Shown here piece after piece: positions 1-10,198 of a stretch of DNA of 64,000 nucleotides. Origin of the DNA: an uncultured delta proteobacterium (GTDB lineage Bacteria > Desulfobacterota > Binatia > Bin18). Location of the stretch: contig CAVTCR010000050.1 of NCBI GenBank assembly GCA_963733195.1, forward strand, positions 64,001-128,000. The letters are read 5' to 3'. The notes under the pieces were generated by a model, which saw nothing but the letters and a program-made list of their open reading frames with translations, made no database searches and was not told the origin of the DNA. Position numbers and translations under genes: made by a program. Within the stretch, counting starts at the first letter, position 1, and every line of letters starts with the position of its first letter.

Positions 1-110
1 AGATCACCCGCGAGCAGGTCCATACGGCAGCAAAAACTTACCTCCACTCAGATCACATACTGCAGGTGATCGTTGCAGACTTGACACAGGCTGGATTGGT
101 AAAACAGTGA
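1..110 (+). CDS. C-terminal end of a probable M16 (insulinase) family peptidase, truncated by the window edge
   Basis: Manual translation ITREQVHTAAKTYLHSDHILQVIVADL...* resembles the M16 C-terminal 'T.e.V..aA.kYL' pattern. Confidence 0.5.
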   Translation, partial: ITREQVHTAAKTYLHSDHILQVIVADLTQAGLVKQ

Positions 111-187
111 CACAGGACTGAGCGCTGAGGACTGAGTGTAGAGCATTGGTTCGTTCCGCTCAGTCCTCGTTGCTCAATCCTCTCAGC

Positions 188-1432
188 TTACGGATAAATC
201 CCGCGCAACTGCACTGCCTCAGCGACTCGATCGATGGCCAACACCTGGGCAGCAGTGCGCATATCAATGTTCTTTTCGTGTGATACGCGCAATATCTGGT
301 TGAAACTCCGGACCATAATTTGCCGCAGCCGCTCGTTGATCTCGTCCTCTCCCCAAAAAAACGACTGCAGATCCTGAACCCACTCAAAATAAGAAACAGT
401 CACACCGCCGGCATTGCAGAGGATATCCGGAATGACGAACACCCCGTTTTCTTGCAAAATCTGATCTGCCTCAGGAGTCAACGGGCCGTTAGCGCCTTCC
501 GCAACGATTTTCGCCTTGACACGATGGGCATTGGCCGCGGTAATTTGATTCTCCATAGCGCAGGGCATGAGGACCTCACAATCGAGTTCGAGCAAATCGG
601 GATTGCTGATCGCGTCTCCTTGCGGAAAGCCCCCAACCGATCCCCGTGTTGTCGTGTACGTACGCAAGGCTGTCAGATCGAGGCCGTGCGGATTATACAC
701 ACCACCACTGACATCACTGACAGCGATCACCTTCGCTCCGCGCTCTTGAGCAAGATACGCAGCTGGTCCACCCACTTTGCCAAAGCCTTGCACTGCCACC
801 CGTGTGTTCTCCAGCAAAAGATTTTTGCGCTTGAGTGCTTCAATCATCGTTATCACTACACCACGACCAGTGGCTTCCGCTCGCCCCAGAGAGCCACCAA
901 TCGCCACAGGTTTTCCGGTGACAACAGCCGGAACTGAATACCCATGATGCATGGAATAGGTATCCATAATCCACGCCATTTCACGCTCACCTGTCCCAAT
1001 ATCAGGGGCAGGAATGTCACCCTGGGGGCTCATCAGCACACTGATCTCCGTAGCATAACGTCGTGTGAGTTTCTCTAATTCATGCACGGAAAGTTTCTTT
1101 GGCTCACATATTACCCCACCTTTTGCCCCACCGTAGGGAATGCCAACAACAGCACATTTCCATGTCATCCACATCGCCAAGGCACGGACTTCGTCCAGCG
1201 TCGTTGCCGGGTGATAGCGAATCCCGCCTTTGGTCGGGCCAAGTGCTGTATTGTGATGCACCCGGTAGCCAGTAAAAACACGGACGGACTTATCTTCCAT
1301 TTCGACCGGAAAATTCACGGTGATCTCACGCTTTGGCACCCGTAAATAGTCCGCAATCCCTGGTGGTAAGTTCAAATGTTGCAATGCGTTGTCAAACTGC
1401 CATAACGCCGTCTTATAAGCCGATTCCACCAT
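188..1432 (-). CDS. gdhA: Glu/Leu/Phe/Val dehydrogenase (glutamate dehydrogenase)
   Basis: GPTKGGIRYHP, GGAKGG, PAPD, QGFGKVG and NAGGVTVSYFEW motifs. Start moved to MVESAY (ATG 1432, GGAGG RBS). Confidence 0.93.
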   Translation of the reverse strand: MVESAYKTALWQFDNALQHLNLPPGIADYLRVPKREITVNFPVEMEDKSVRVFTGYRVHHNTALGPTKGGIRYHPATTLDEVRALAMWMTWKCAVVGIPYGGAKGGVICEPKKLSVHELEKLTRRYATEISVLMSPQGDIPAPDIGTGEREMAWIMDTYSMHHGYSVPAVVTGKPVAIGGSLGRAEATGRGVVITMIEALKRKNLLLENTRVAVQGFGKVGGPAAYLAQERGAKVIAVSDVSGGVYNPHGLDLTALRTYTTTRGSVGGFPQGDAISNPDLLELDCEVLMPCAMENQITAANAHRVKAKIVAEGANGPLTPEADQILQENGVFVIPDILCNAGGVTVSYFEWVQDLQSFFWGEDEINERLRQIMVRSFNQILRVSHEKNIDMRTAAQVLAIDRVAEAVQLRGIYP

Positions 1433-1601
1433 TGCGTCCTCCTTCTTCCCCACAAATGCATTCAGCATGCTAGCATATTTTCCTCTGTAGGTCGCGCGTA
1501 GACGAGGGTGACTCCGGTACACCCCTCCTCCATTCGTTACCCTTTCGTCACCCTTGCTCATTCACGCATAGTGATATAGAGGTGGGGACCGTTCTATCGT
1601 C

Positions 1602-2081
1602 ATGAGGAGATGGACGATGAAGATGCGTCACGCAGCAAAAGCGAAAACCGCCGCGACTCCACCTGTCGATCAGTCCGTGCCAACGATGCAGGTTGCCGCC
1701 GTCGTCAAAGATGGACGCGTACAAGCTGAAGCTTTCGCTAGGCAGCCACGTAAACTTAGAATCCTACTCGATAATGCGATAGAAAAGGCCAAACAAGCTG
1801 ACAAAGGGGCATTTAAAGGTCTCTGGCCGTATCTCTTGGCCATGCTGCGTTTGGTTCGAGTCTTCTGTAGTGGAAAATATAAGAAGATCCCCTGGGAAAG
1901 CCTGATCTCGATCATCATCGCCATTGCCTACTTTGCGTCACCGTTAGATTTGATCCCGGACTTTCTTCCCGGGATCGGCTATCTTGATGATGCGATGATC
2001 GTGCGCTTTGTCTACCGTTCAGTGAGGACCGAACTTAATCGCTTCATGGAATGGGAAAGCGGCATTGAGCACTCCCTCTAG
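1602..2081 (+). CDS. YkvA/DUF1232 family membrane protein
   Basis: YFASPLDLIPDFLPGIGYLDD signature. Confidence 0.85.
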   Translation: MRRWTMKMRHAAKAKTAATPPVDQSVPTMQVAAVVKDGRVQAEAFARQPRKLRILLDNAIEKAKQADKGAFKGLWPYLLAMLRLVRVFCSGKYKKIPWESLISIIIAIAYFASPLDLIPDFLPGIGYLDDAMIVRFVYRSVRTELNRFMEWESGIEHSL

Positions 2082-2217
2082 CTGAAGAATATCTCTGTAG
2101 GCAATAAGGAACATACGACGGAAGAGCAGGCGTTCAGCATCCGTCTTATATCAGTAACAGACTCGGTAGAGCGACACGGCAGCGTTTCTATAGCTGTAGG
2201 CGGGCATAGCGCTGAAG

Positions 2218-2438
2218 GGAATCTGACCGTGTGTTTGCCGAAAAAAGAGAGCAGGTCGATGATTTTACTTTTGACCGAGAGACGGCTAGAAGGTAGAACA
2301 TTGAGAGAAGCTAAGATATAGGAGCATAGGCGGAAGATTAGCCGAAGCGAGGAGAGGAGCAGTATGGGATCTGACCGCTTGTTTGCTGAAAAAAGAGAGC
2401 AGGTCGATGATTTTACTTTTGACCGAGAGACGGCCAGA
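2218..2438 (+). repeat. ~70-bp direct repeat: a copy of the cmoA 5' end (2366-2438) placed upstream at 2218-2290
   Basis: Both copies contain GAAAAAAGAGAGCAGGTCGATGATTTTACTTTTGACCGAGAGACGGC exactly, with a few mismatches on either side. Confidence 0.9.
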
Positions 2439-3086
2439 GTGTTCGACGATATGTTGAGCCGCTCGGTACCTTTCTACGCCGAGATCCAGCGAATGATCGC
2501 CGAAATCGCCTCTGATTTTGCTGTGGATAGCACGAATATCTATGATCTGGGGTGTTCACTGTGCACAACCTTCCTTAACCTCCAACAACTGGACAAGCAG
2601 GTGACCTTCATCGGCCTCGATGCCTCTCCAGATATGCTTGCACAGGCCGAGCAAAACCTCGCTGAACGCAATTTTTCACGCCCTTACCAACTTCTCTGTC
2701 AAAATCTTGAGCTGCCTTTCTCGCTGAATAACGCTTCAGTGGTGATTGTAAGCCTGATATTACAGTTTCTGCGTCCGTTGCGTCGTGAGCCCTTTATCCG
2801 CACGATCATCGACGGACTCAATGACAATGGCTGCTTGATCTTAATTGAAAAAGTCATCAACCCCGATAATCTGTTAAATCGTCTGTTTATCAAGTACTAC
2901 TATGAGTACAAAAAACGCAACGGCTATTCGGAGCTCGAAATTGCGCAAAAACGCGAAGCCTTAGAAAACGTCTTGATTCCCTACCGCCTTGAGGAAAACA
3001 TCGAACTCCTGCGACGGACGGGGTTCCGCAGCGTCGAAACTTTCTTTCGCTGGTACAACTTCTGCGGGATCGTGGCGATCAAATAA
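2364..3086 (+). CDS. cmoA: carboxy-S-adenosyl-L-methionine synthase CmoA
   Basis: DFTFD..A.VFDDMLSRSVPFY, YDLGCS, LQFL, EK, GYSELEIAQKREALENVL, WYNF motifs. Confidence 0.88.
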   Translation: MGSDRLFAEKREQVDDFTFDRETARVFDDMLSRSVPFYAEIQRMIAEIASDFAVDSTNIYDLGCSLCTTFLNLQQLDKQVTFIGLDASPDMLAQAEQNLAERNFSRPYQLLCQNLELPFSLNNASVVIVSLILQFLRPLRREPFIRTIIDGLNDNGCLILIEKVINPDNLLNRLFIKYYYEYKKRNGYSELEIAQKREALENVLIPYRLEENIELLRRTGFRSVETFFRWYNFCGIVAIK

Positions 3087-3886
3087 TGAACACTGCCCCT
3101 TGGTCTTCTACTGATTCCTCAGCCTCACGACCGCCACAAACGACCATGCGTCGTTCACCGTGGCTCACGCGGCCTGGACATTTCTTCTTCGGCTATCGCG
3201 ATTATCTCATTCCGTTCACTTTTCTGGTCCTTAGCGTTACCACTGTTCCAGAGTTTCCTTTCGGGAGCGAGCGACTTGATCGTTGGCTCGACATAGGGGG
3301 GCTTCTGATTGCCGGCATTGGACAAGTGCTCAGGATCTGTGTCATCGGTTTTGCCTATATCAAACGCGGTGGACGCAATAAGCAGATCGCTGCGGATACG
3401 TTAGTACGCGAGGGGTTTTTCGCCCATTCACGGAATCCACTCTATCTGGGCAATTTCCTGATCATTTTGGGGTTGATCCTCATCGCCAACAATCGCTGGT
3501 GGTATTTCCTGGCGTTGCCTGGCTTCATCCTCATTTACACTGCGATCATTGCAGCAGAAGAAGATTTTCTGGCGAAGAGATTCGGCCAGGACTATGAAGA
3601 GTACTGCCGACAAGTGAACCGTCTTATCCCTAGTTTTACTGGCCTGCGGCAATCACTTGCACCATTTACATTTGCGTGGAAGCGAGTCATTCAAAAAGAG
3701 TACGGTAGTACGTTTACTTGGACATCGACGGCCCTCTTTCTGCTTATTTGGGAACGCTGGCAGCGGTTCGGCTATGCGGCGCAGAGCGCGCAGATCCACA
3801 CGTTGTTGTGGGGGTTCCCAATTTTAGGCGCTTTATACATTGTTGCACGGTGGATGAAAAAAACCGGACGGCTGGGTGGGTTGTAA
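3086..3886 (+). CDS. isoprenylcysteine carboxylmethyltransferase / phospholipid methyltransferase family protein
   Basis: LV.EG.FAHSRNPLYLG and EEDFL...FG.DYEEYC..V.R.IP motifs; several TM helices. Confidence 0.8.
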   Translation: MNTAPWSSTDSSASRPPQTTMRRSPWLTRPGHFFFGYRDYLIPFTFLVLSVTTVPEFPFGSERLDRWLDIGGLLIAGIGQVLRICVIGFAYIKRGGRNKQIAADTLVREGFFAHSRNPLYLGNFLIILGLILIANNRWWYFLALPGFILIYTAIIAAEEDFLAKRFGQDYEEYCRQVNRLIPSFTGLRQSLAPFTFAWKRVIQKEYGSTFTWTSTALFLLIWERWQRFGYAAQSAQIHTLLWGFPILGALYIVARWMKKTGRLGGL

Positions 3887-5658
3887 ACCGCTCAGCCGCC
3901 CTACTCATACACTCCCGTCCCTTTCTGGTTGGGGTTGGTCTCGCGGCTCTTTGTGTGATCCTCTACGTTTGGGGACTCGGGGATGCCCCGTTCTACTCCA
4001 AAGGCGAACCGCGCGAAGCCACGGTGGTATGGGAAATCTATACGTCAGGAGAATGGATTCTCCCATTGCGCAATGGTCATATCACTCCCTCCAAGCCACC
4101 GTTGTTTCATTGGCTGGGTGCCCTGTTTTCTCTCGCCGGCGGAGGCATTTCAGAACTGACGGTTCGTCTGCCTTCAGCGCTATTAGCAACGACGGGAGTC
4201 CTCCTCACTTACGCAGTCGGCACCGCGTTATGGGGAGCTGAAGCGGGACTTGTCGCCGGGATAATTCTTGCAACGAGTTTCGAGTGGGCGCGGGCGGCCG
4301 TGTCGGCGCGGGTTGATATGACCCTCACAGTTTGTATGGTAGCCGCATTCTTGCTCTTCTTTGCTGTTTATCAACGCTTCCAGGTCTCTCGTTGGCAAGC
4401 GCTATTATTGTTCGCTTTGCTCGGATTGGCCACTCTTGCGAAAGGACCCGTCGGCGCGCTTCTCCCTGCCCTTACCGTTGGTATTTTTCTTATGCTCCAG
4501 GGGGATCTCGGATTCTTGCGGCAATTTCACCTCGTTCAAGGAAGTTTGGTTTTCGTGCTGATCGCCGGGTCCTGGTATGGTCTGGCGTTGTGGCAGGGTG
4601 GATATGACTTCTTCGCGAAGCAGGTCCTGAAGGAAAATCTCCTGCGTTTCTTTACCCCTGGTACCGCCGGAGCAGGACACGCGCACGGTTTTTCCTATCT
4701 CGTCTCCACCTTCGTCCTAGGTATGGCGCCGTGGAGCTTTTTCTTACCGCCAGTCATTGTGTTTCTGTATCAGTCTCGCTCGCAATGGCGCGAGAAGAGG
4801 CTCTTGTATTTCATCGTTTGGAGTCTCACCGTGTTCGGGTTCTATGCACTTTCCAGCAGCAAGCGGCCAGTCTATTTGTTGCCGCTCTATCCTGCGGTCG
4901 CGCTGCTTCTCGCTGTGTGGTGGCAAGAACTGCAAAAAGGAACGGTGACGCTTGCACGACCGTTCTCCTGGCTGGTGCGTGGGAGTGGCTATCTCAGCGT
5001 TGTCTTTGTCAGTGCTGTGATTCTCCTGGTCCTTGCTCAGCTCCTCGGGCATGATCCCCTCGTGTTGATTCGGCCGCTACTGACCTCTAAGCAACAACGA
5101 GAGATCCCTCCCTTATCCGTCATCGTCGCGGGTCATCGTCTCGCTTTTTGGCTATGGGTTACTGCGGCTACCTTTTCCACTTTTCTCCTCGCCAAAAGTC
5201 TCAAACAACAGCGTTGGAGTCAGGTCTTCACTGCGCTCGCGCTCTTCACGTGCAGCACGTTTCTCCTGGTGAACCAGACGCTCCGACGAGATGTGGCCAA
5301 AGGTCGCTCGTTACAATCGTTCATGACCCGGATCACGACACAGATTGGTCCGGTTCCGCTGTTTTTTTACCAAACCTTTGACAGCGGGGCATTATTCTAC
5401 GCCAATCGGCATATCCCGTTTTACGAAGGTTTTTCGTCTCCCCCAGAAGGACCATGTTACCTTTTGCTGTGGGAAGAAAAGTGGACCACACTTGCAGCGA
5501 AGGCTATCTCCGGTATCCGGGTAATCGACACGAGCGAAGGAACTGGCCCTAAAGGTAAACAACGCCTCGTGCTCGTGTTCGTTCCCGCTGGAACGACGAT
5601 TGCGTCAGAGGCCCCGCCACCCGTCAAAGACGAGGCGGATGTGGAAGACGCGCCATAA
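3880..5658 (+). CDS. ArnT-like glycosyltransferase family 39 (GT-C) membrane protein; start uncertain
   Basis: GEPREA, SKPPLFHWL, VRLPSA, ARVDM, LAKGPVG, KRPVYLLPLYPA motifs. Confidence 0.85.
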   Translation, partial: VVNRSAALLIHSRPFLVGVGLAALCVILYVWGLGDAPFYSKGEPREATVVWEIYTSGEWILPLRNGHITPSKPPLFHWLGALFSLAGGGISELTVRLPSALLATTGVLLTYAVGTALWGAEAGLVAGIILATSFEWARAAVSARVDMTLTVCMVAAFLLFFAVYQRFQVSRWQALLLFALLGLATLAKGPVGALLPALTVGIFLMLQGDLGFLRQFHLVQGSLVFVLIAGSWYGLALWQGGYDFFAKQVLKENLLRFFTPGTAGAGHAHGFSYLVSTFVLGMAPWSFFLPPVIVFLYQSRSQWREKRLLYFIVWSLTVFGFYALSSSKRPVYLLPLYPAVALLLAVWWQELQKGTVTLARPFSWLVRGSGYLSVVFVSAVILLVLAQLLGHDPLVLIRPLLTSKQQREIPPLSVIVAGHRLAFWLWVTAATFSTFLLAKSLKQQRWSQVFTALALFTCSTFLLVNQTLRRDVAKGRSLQSFMTRITTQIGPVPLFFYQTFDSGALFYANRHIPFYEGFSSPPEGPCYLLLWEEKWTTLAAKAISGIRVIDTSEGTGPKGKQRLVLVFVPAGTTIASEAPPPVKDEADVEDAP

Positions 5659-6229
5659 AAGAGCTAACGCACCGTGCGGAGCAATGACTCTGAGATTACG
5701 CAGCCTGGGTAAACTCCTGCAGGGCCGAAAGATTTTAAGGTTTCCTCGCCCCATGAACTGTAGGAGTTCACAGGAAGTTATCTGGGCGATCATCCCGCCT
5801 TTTTCTTCCCGCTCTGCCTTCGTGCTGCAAATTGCGCCATGCCTCTTCCCTCCTCGTGCGCGATACCAGGGGATGCCGCCAGACCTGTTGGCTCTCTTCC
5901 TGCTCGCTGGTGCCCCGAGGGCAATAACCCTTGCCGCTGCCATGTATATCGGCTTGCCGCGCCCGGAGACTAGCTTCACCTTGGTGGTAACGTTGCTCCT
6001 GGCCTATGTGTTGCTGAGCCTGGCGCCGTTGGTGTTGCTGCCGCACCGCCTGTTCTCTTGATCGTGGTATCCAAGTAATGCTAGCGAGAAAAAGCAAATC
6101 CGTAACATATTAGATGATCAGACTTGTATACGATGTACTTCCAGCCGAACATTACCAGGACACTACTACCCGATTTTTTGCCCGAACTGACGTTATTCAA
6201 GGCGACTTGGACATTTGGTGAGAGAGAAA

Positions 6230-7039
6230 CTATTTAACTAGCCCCTCAGGCATTCCAGTCGGAAACACATTCTTCAACTCCGCCTTAATTCGCCCGGCTC
6301 GATTGCCGGGATTGGGATGGGTACTGAAGAACTCTGGTTGTCTACCGCCTCCGGCTGATTTCTCAAGAACTTCCATTACACCAAGCAACGCACGCGGATC
6401 ATAGCCTGCTGACGCCATCCAGCGTAAGCCGAGACTATCCGATTCGAGCTCATCCTGTCGTCCGTATTTCATACCGATAAGATTCGCCACCAGCTGGGCC
6501 ATGTGTGCCCCCTGCATACTCGGGTCAGCGGCCATCACCGCAGCGCCAGTCAGCCCTTGTGTGAGTTTCTGTTTCGCTATGTGCTCGGCTGAATGACGAG
6601 CGACGACATGACCAATCTCGTGCCCCAGCACTCCAGCAAGTTCGCCTGGCGTACGTAATAGCTGTAGCAACGCTTCGGTAATGAAAATCTGTCCACCGGG
6701 TAATGCAAACGCATTGATCGTTCGCGTGTCGGCAAGTAGATGGAAATCGAACTTATAGGGCGATTTACTTGCCGGTGAGCGTTCAACAATTTGCTGGCCG
6801 ATTTTCTTCACTAACGCAGATGCTTGCTGGTTCTTCGATAAACCACCGAACTGTGCGGCCATTCGTGGTGCAGAATGCAATCCCAGCGCCGTCTCTTCTT
6901 CTATCGACATACTAATGCGCTGTTTTTCTCCAGTGACAGGATTGATACTCGACGAACTGTAGTAGGAAATAAGCGAAATAATAGCGAAGACGAGCCCAAT
7001 TAACAGACGAACCTTGATACTCATCTCTACTCCTGACAA
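6230..7039 (-). CDS. M48 family metalloprotease
   Basis: INAFALPGG, HEIGH (HExxH), E.E.D..G, FFSTHP. Confidence 0.9.
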   Translation of the reverse strand: MSGVEMSIKVRLLIGLVFAIISLISYYSSSSINPVTGEKQRISMSIEEETALGLHSAPRMAAQFGGLSKNQQASALVKKIGQQIVERSPASKSPYKFDFHLLADTRTINAFALPGGQIFITEALLQLLRTPGELAGVLGHEIGHVVARHSAEHIAKQKLTQGLTGAAVMAADPSMQGAHMAQLVANLIGMKYGRQDELESDSLGLRWMASAGYDPRALLGVMEVLEKSAGGGRQPEFFSTHPNPGNRAGRIKAELKNVFPTGMPEGLVK

Positions 7040-7070
7040 AGAACGAAAGCGTTACCCTCCCAACCGATTG

Positions 7071-7967
7071 TTACTCCACATGTTTCCACGCGTGGTACGA
7101 ACTTCGCACTAAAGGTCCCGCCTCGACATGGCGAAAACCCAACGCTAGAGCTTCGGTTCTCAACGTCACAAACTCATCGGGATGCACATATCTTTCAACC
7201 GGCAACTGCTCTGGCGAGGGACGCAAATACTGTCCGAGCGTGAGGATATCGCAGTCGACTGCACGCAAGTCACCAAATACGTGCAACAACTCTTCGTACG
7301 TCTCGCCGAGGCCTAGCATCAATCCCGTCTTAGTCTTGATGTCAGACCGTGTTTCCTTAACCTTCTGTAGCACACGCAGAGAACGCTCATATTTGGCACC
7401 AGGACGGACGCGTTTGTACAGGCGCGGGACGGTTTCCGTGTTGTGGTTATAAATCTCTATCGGTGACTGGGTGACCGTCGCCACTGCGGCTTCATTCCCT
7501 TGAAAGTCTGGAGTCAACACTTCAATCGTGCATTGGGGATTCAGGAGTTTCAGTTCTCGTGCAGTGGCAGCAAAGTGTTCTGCGCCGCCATCAGGAAGAT
7601 CATCGCGATTCACCGAGGTCACCACGATATGAGAAAGTCCCATTTTCAAAGCCGCCTCGGCAACGCGGTGTGGCTCTTCGGGATCAAGCGTTGCCACGCG
7701 ACCATGAGACACAGCACAAAATCGGCAGTTACGCGTACAGACATCACCCATCAGCATAAAGGTTGCGGTACCATGCCCCCAACATTCACCGATGTTAGGA
7801 CACTGCGCTTCTTGACACACCGTATTGAGCTTGAACGCGGACACGATCGCTTTCGTCTTCGTGTACACCGGTCCACTCGGCATCCGCACTTTGATCCAGT
7901 CGGGGTGTCGGCGAGCAATCGGCTCACGTCGCTCGCTCAGTTCAGGAGTGACTACATGTTCTGCCAT
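7071..7967 (-). CDS. lipA: lipoyl synthase
   Basis: CxEAxCPNxxEC, CTRNCRFC, VRSSYHA. Confidence 0.97.
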   Translation of the reverse strand: MAEHVVTPELSERREPIARRHPDWIKVRMPSGPVYTKTKAIVSAFKLNTVCQEAQCPNIGECWGHGTATFMLMGDVCTRNCRFCAVSHGRVATLDPEEPHRVAEAALKMGLSHIVVTSVNRDDLPDGGAEHFAATARELKLLNPQCTIEVLTPDFQGNEAAVATVTQSPIEIYNHNTETVPRLYKRVRPGAKYERSLRVLQKVKETRSDIKTKTGLMLGLGETYEELLHVFGDLRAVDCDILTLGQYLRPSPEQLPVERYVHPDEFVTLRTEALALGFRHVEAGPLVRSSYHAWKHVE

Positions 7968-8590
7968 ACGATCTCCTTGTACCCGAAATAACGGGCAAAA
8001 GCGTCCACCACAAGAGGCTTTATAGTCTCAACGGTAACTGGTTGGCCAAGAACTGCCGTCAGCGAAGTCATCCTTACCCCCATAAGGCCGCACGGAACAA
8101 TATTCGCGAAGTAGCTCAGATCAGTAGCCACGTTCAAGGCGAACCCGTGATACGTGACCCAGTGCCGCACTCCAATGCCAATCGAGGCAATTTTCTCTTC
8201 TCCGACCCACACTCCAGTGAGCCCTTTCTGACAATGGGCACGTACCTGGTGATGGGCTAAGACCTCAACCAACACGGCTTCGATTCCACGCAGATATGCA
8301 TGAACATTGCGCCCAAGCGCACCCAAGTGCAGAATCGGATAGCCAACGAGTTGGCCGGGACCATGGTAGGTTACGTCGCCTCCACGTCCGACACGGTGAA
8401 TCGGCACCTCATGCGGCGTAAGCAGATTATTTTCATTGCCGCCGCGTCCAAGCGTAAACACTGCCGGATGCTCAAGCAGGAGAAGCGTGTCTTGGCATTC
8501 ACCACGATAGCGTTGCATCAGTAAGTCTTCTTGGAGCTGAAGCGCATGCGAATATTCGACGAGGCCAAGGTCGCGGCAAAAGAGAATCAT
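7952..8590 (-). CDS. lipB: octanoyltransferase
   Basis: LEHPAVFTLG, RGGDVTYHGPGQLVGY, KIASIG, HGFALNV, IVPCG. Confidence 0.96.
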   Translation of the reverse strand: MILFCRDLGLVEYSHALQLQEDLLMQRYRGECQDTLLLLEHPAVFTLGRGGNENNLLTPHEVPIHRVGRGGDVTYHGPGQLVGYPILHLGALGRNVHAYLRGIEAVLVEVLAHHQVRAHCQKGLTGVWVGEEKIASIGIGVRHWVTYHGFALNVATDLSYFANIVPCGLMGVRMTSLTAVLGQPVTVETIKPLVVDAFARYFGYKEIVWQNM

Positions 8591-8730
8591 TGCAGTAAAG
8601 AGTAAAGAGTTAAAAGTTAAGAGTGAAGAATTAAGAAGGCGAGAATGAAAACGGAGAGGGCTTGAATTTTTTCATTCTTCACTATTCACTCTAATTCTTA
8701 ATTTCATTCAGCCTCAATCTAACCGCAACC

Positions 8731-10152
8731 CTAAAAATTGATCCCTCTCCCCTCTGCACTGAGCGCTGCTTCCAGAATGGCTTCTGATAGCGTCGGATGC
8801 GCATGTACCGTGTTGCTAAGTTCCGCGGTCGTGGCTTCCAATGTCCGAGCTAAGCCAATCTCAGCAATGAGGTCAGTCGCTCCGTGTCCGATGATATGGC
8901 AACCCAAGACCTCCCCATATTGTTTATCGACAACGAGCTTTACAAAGCCTTCGTCATGGCCTTTGGCAATCGCCTTTCCTGAAGCCATAAACGGAAACTT
9001 GCCAATCGATACTTCATAGCCTTTCGCTTTGGCTTGTTCCTCAGTGAGGCCGATCACCGCGATTTCTGGCTGACAGTATACACAAGCAGGAATCTTGAGA
9101 TGATCAATCCCTTTCTCGCGCTTGCCCGCCATATGCTCAACGGCGGCAATACCTTCTTCCGAGGCCGCATGTGCGAGCAAGGGGGGGCCATTCACATCAC
9201 CAATCGCGTACACCGTATCACAGGCAGTCTGCATAAATTCATTCACTTTTATAAAGCCACGATCCAACTCGACACCAAGCGCTTCCAATCCGAGATCTAC
9301 GCTGAGTGGAACTCGTCCGACCGCAACTAACACTTTGTTCGCCGTGCGAGTCTTAATATCACCACTATTGTTGAGTGCGACCTCCACCCGCCCAGGGAAT
9401 TTTTCGATCCCGTGGTATTTCGTCCCGGTCAAAATTTCGATCCCTTGCTTCTTGAATGCCTTTTCTAGTTCTTGTGCAACTTCAGTATCGACACCAGGCA
9501 AGAGTTGTTTCTCCATTTCCACCATCGTCACGCGACTCCCGAACGCACTGTAGATGTAGGCAAATTCACAACCGATAGCACCACCGCCGACAATGAGAAT
9601 ATCTTTCGGTAACTCAGTATCGACCAAAGCTTCATAACTCGTGAGGATCTGTTTACCGTCTATCTCTAGACCTGGTAGAGTTCGTTCTTTTGAGCCGGTC
9701 GCAATAAGGATATGAGCGGCTTCAAGCTGGTGTGCCGCTTTCCCAGGCATCTCCACCACCACACGGTTCTTATTTTCTATACGACCAGTGCCGATAATCA
9801 GTTGCACCTTATTCTTACGGAGCAAAAACTCTACACCCTTGGCGAGTCGATCTGCTACTTCACGCGAGCGTTTGATAACCTGCGGATAATCAACAGACAA
9901 GCCATGAGCCTTAATGCCGTAGCGTTCTCCCTCTTTGAGATCTTCATACAGTTCAGCTGAGGTAAGAATCGCTTTTGAGGGAATACATCCCCAATTGAGA
10001 CACACTCCACCAGCTCGGTCTTTCTCGACAACGACGGTTTTCAAGCCTAGCTGCGCGGCACGAATTGCCGCTACATAACCACCTGGCCCTGCCCCTATCA
10101 CGACTAGATCGTATCGGTCAGTTTTGTCTCCGTGTAACATCTTGCCGTTCAT
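8731..10152 (-). CDS. lpdA: dihydrolipoyl dehydrogenase
   Basis: GAGPGGYVAA, GGVCLNWGCIPSK, HAHPTLSE. Confidence 0.97.
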   Translation of the reverse strand: MNGKMLHGDKTDRYDLVVIGAGPGGYVAAIRAAQLGLKTVVVEKDRAGGVCLNWGCIPSKAILTSAELYEDLKEGERYGIKAHGLSVDYPQVIKRSREVADRLAKGVEFLLRKNKVQLIIGTGRIENKNRVVVEMPGKAAHQLEAAHILIATGSKERTLPGLEIDGKQILTSYEALVDTELPKDILIVGGGAIGCEFAYIYSAFGSRVTMVEMEKQLLPGVDTEVAQELEKAFKKQGIEILTGTKYHGIEKFPGRVEVALNNSGDIKTRTANKVLVAVGRVPLSVDLGLEALGVELDRGFIKVNEFMQTACDTVYAIGDVNGPPLLAHAASEEGIAAVEHMAGKREKGIDHLKIPACVYCQPEIAVIGLTEEQAKAKGYEVSIGKFPFMASGKAIAKGHDEGFVKLVVDKQYGEVLGCHIIGHGATDLIAEIGLARTLEATTAELSNTVHAHPTLSEAILEAALSAEGRGINF

Positions 10153-10198
10153 GCCATCTCCTCACATCTTTGCCTTCGCATCAGCTCTCAGGTCGAAC

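Noticed and set aside
2218-2438. cmoA duplicate as a DGR template/variable repeat pair
   Set aside because: Mismatches are not adenine-specific and no reverse transcriptase is present in the window
5600-6097. Overlapping short ORFs on both strands, including a possible small hydrophobic protein
   Set aside because: No recognisable motif or RBS; the coding frame cannot be chosen
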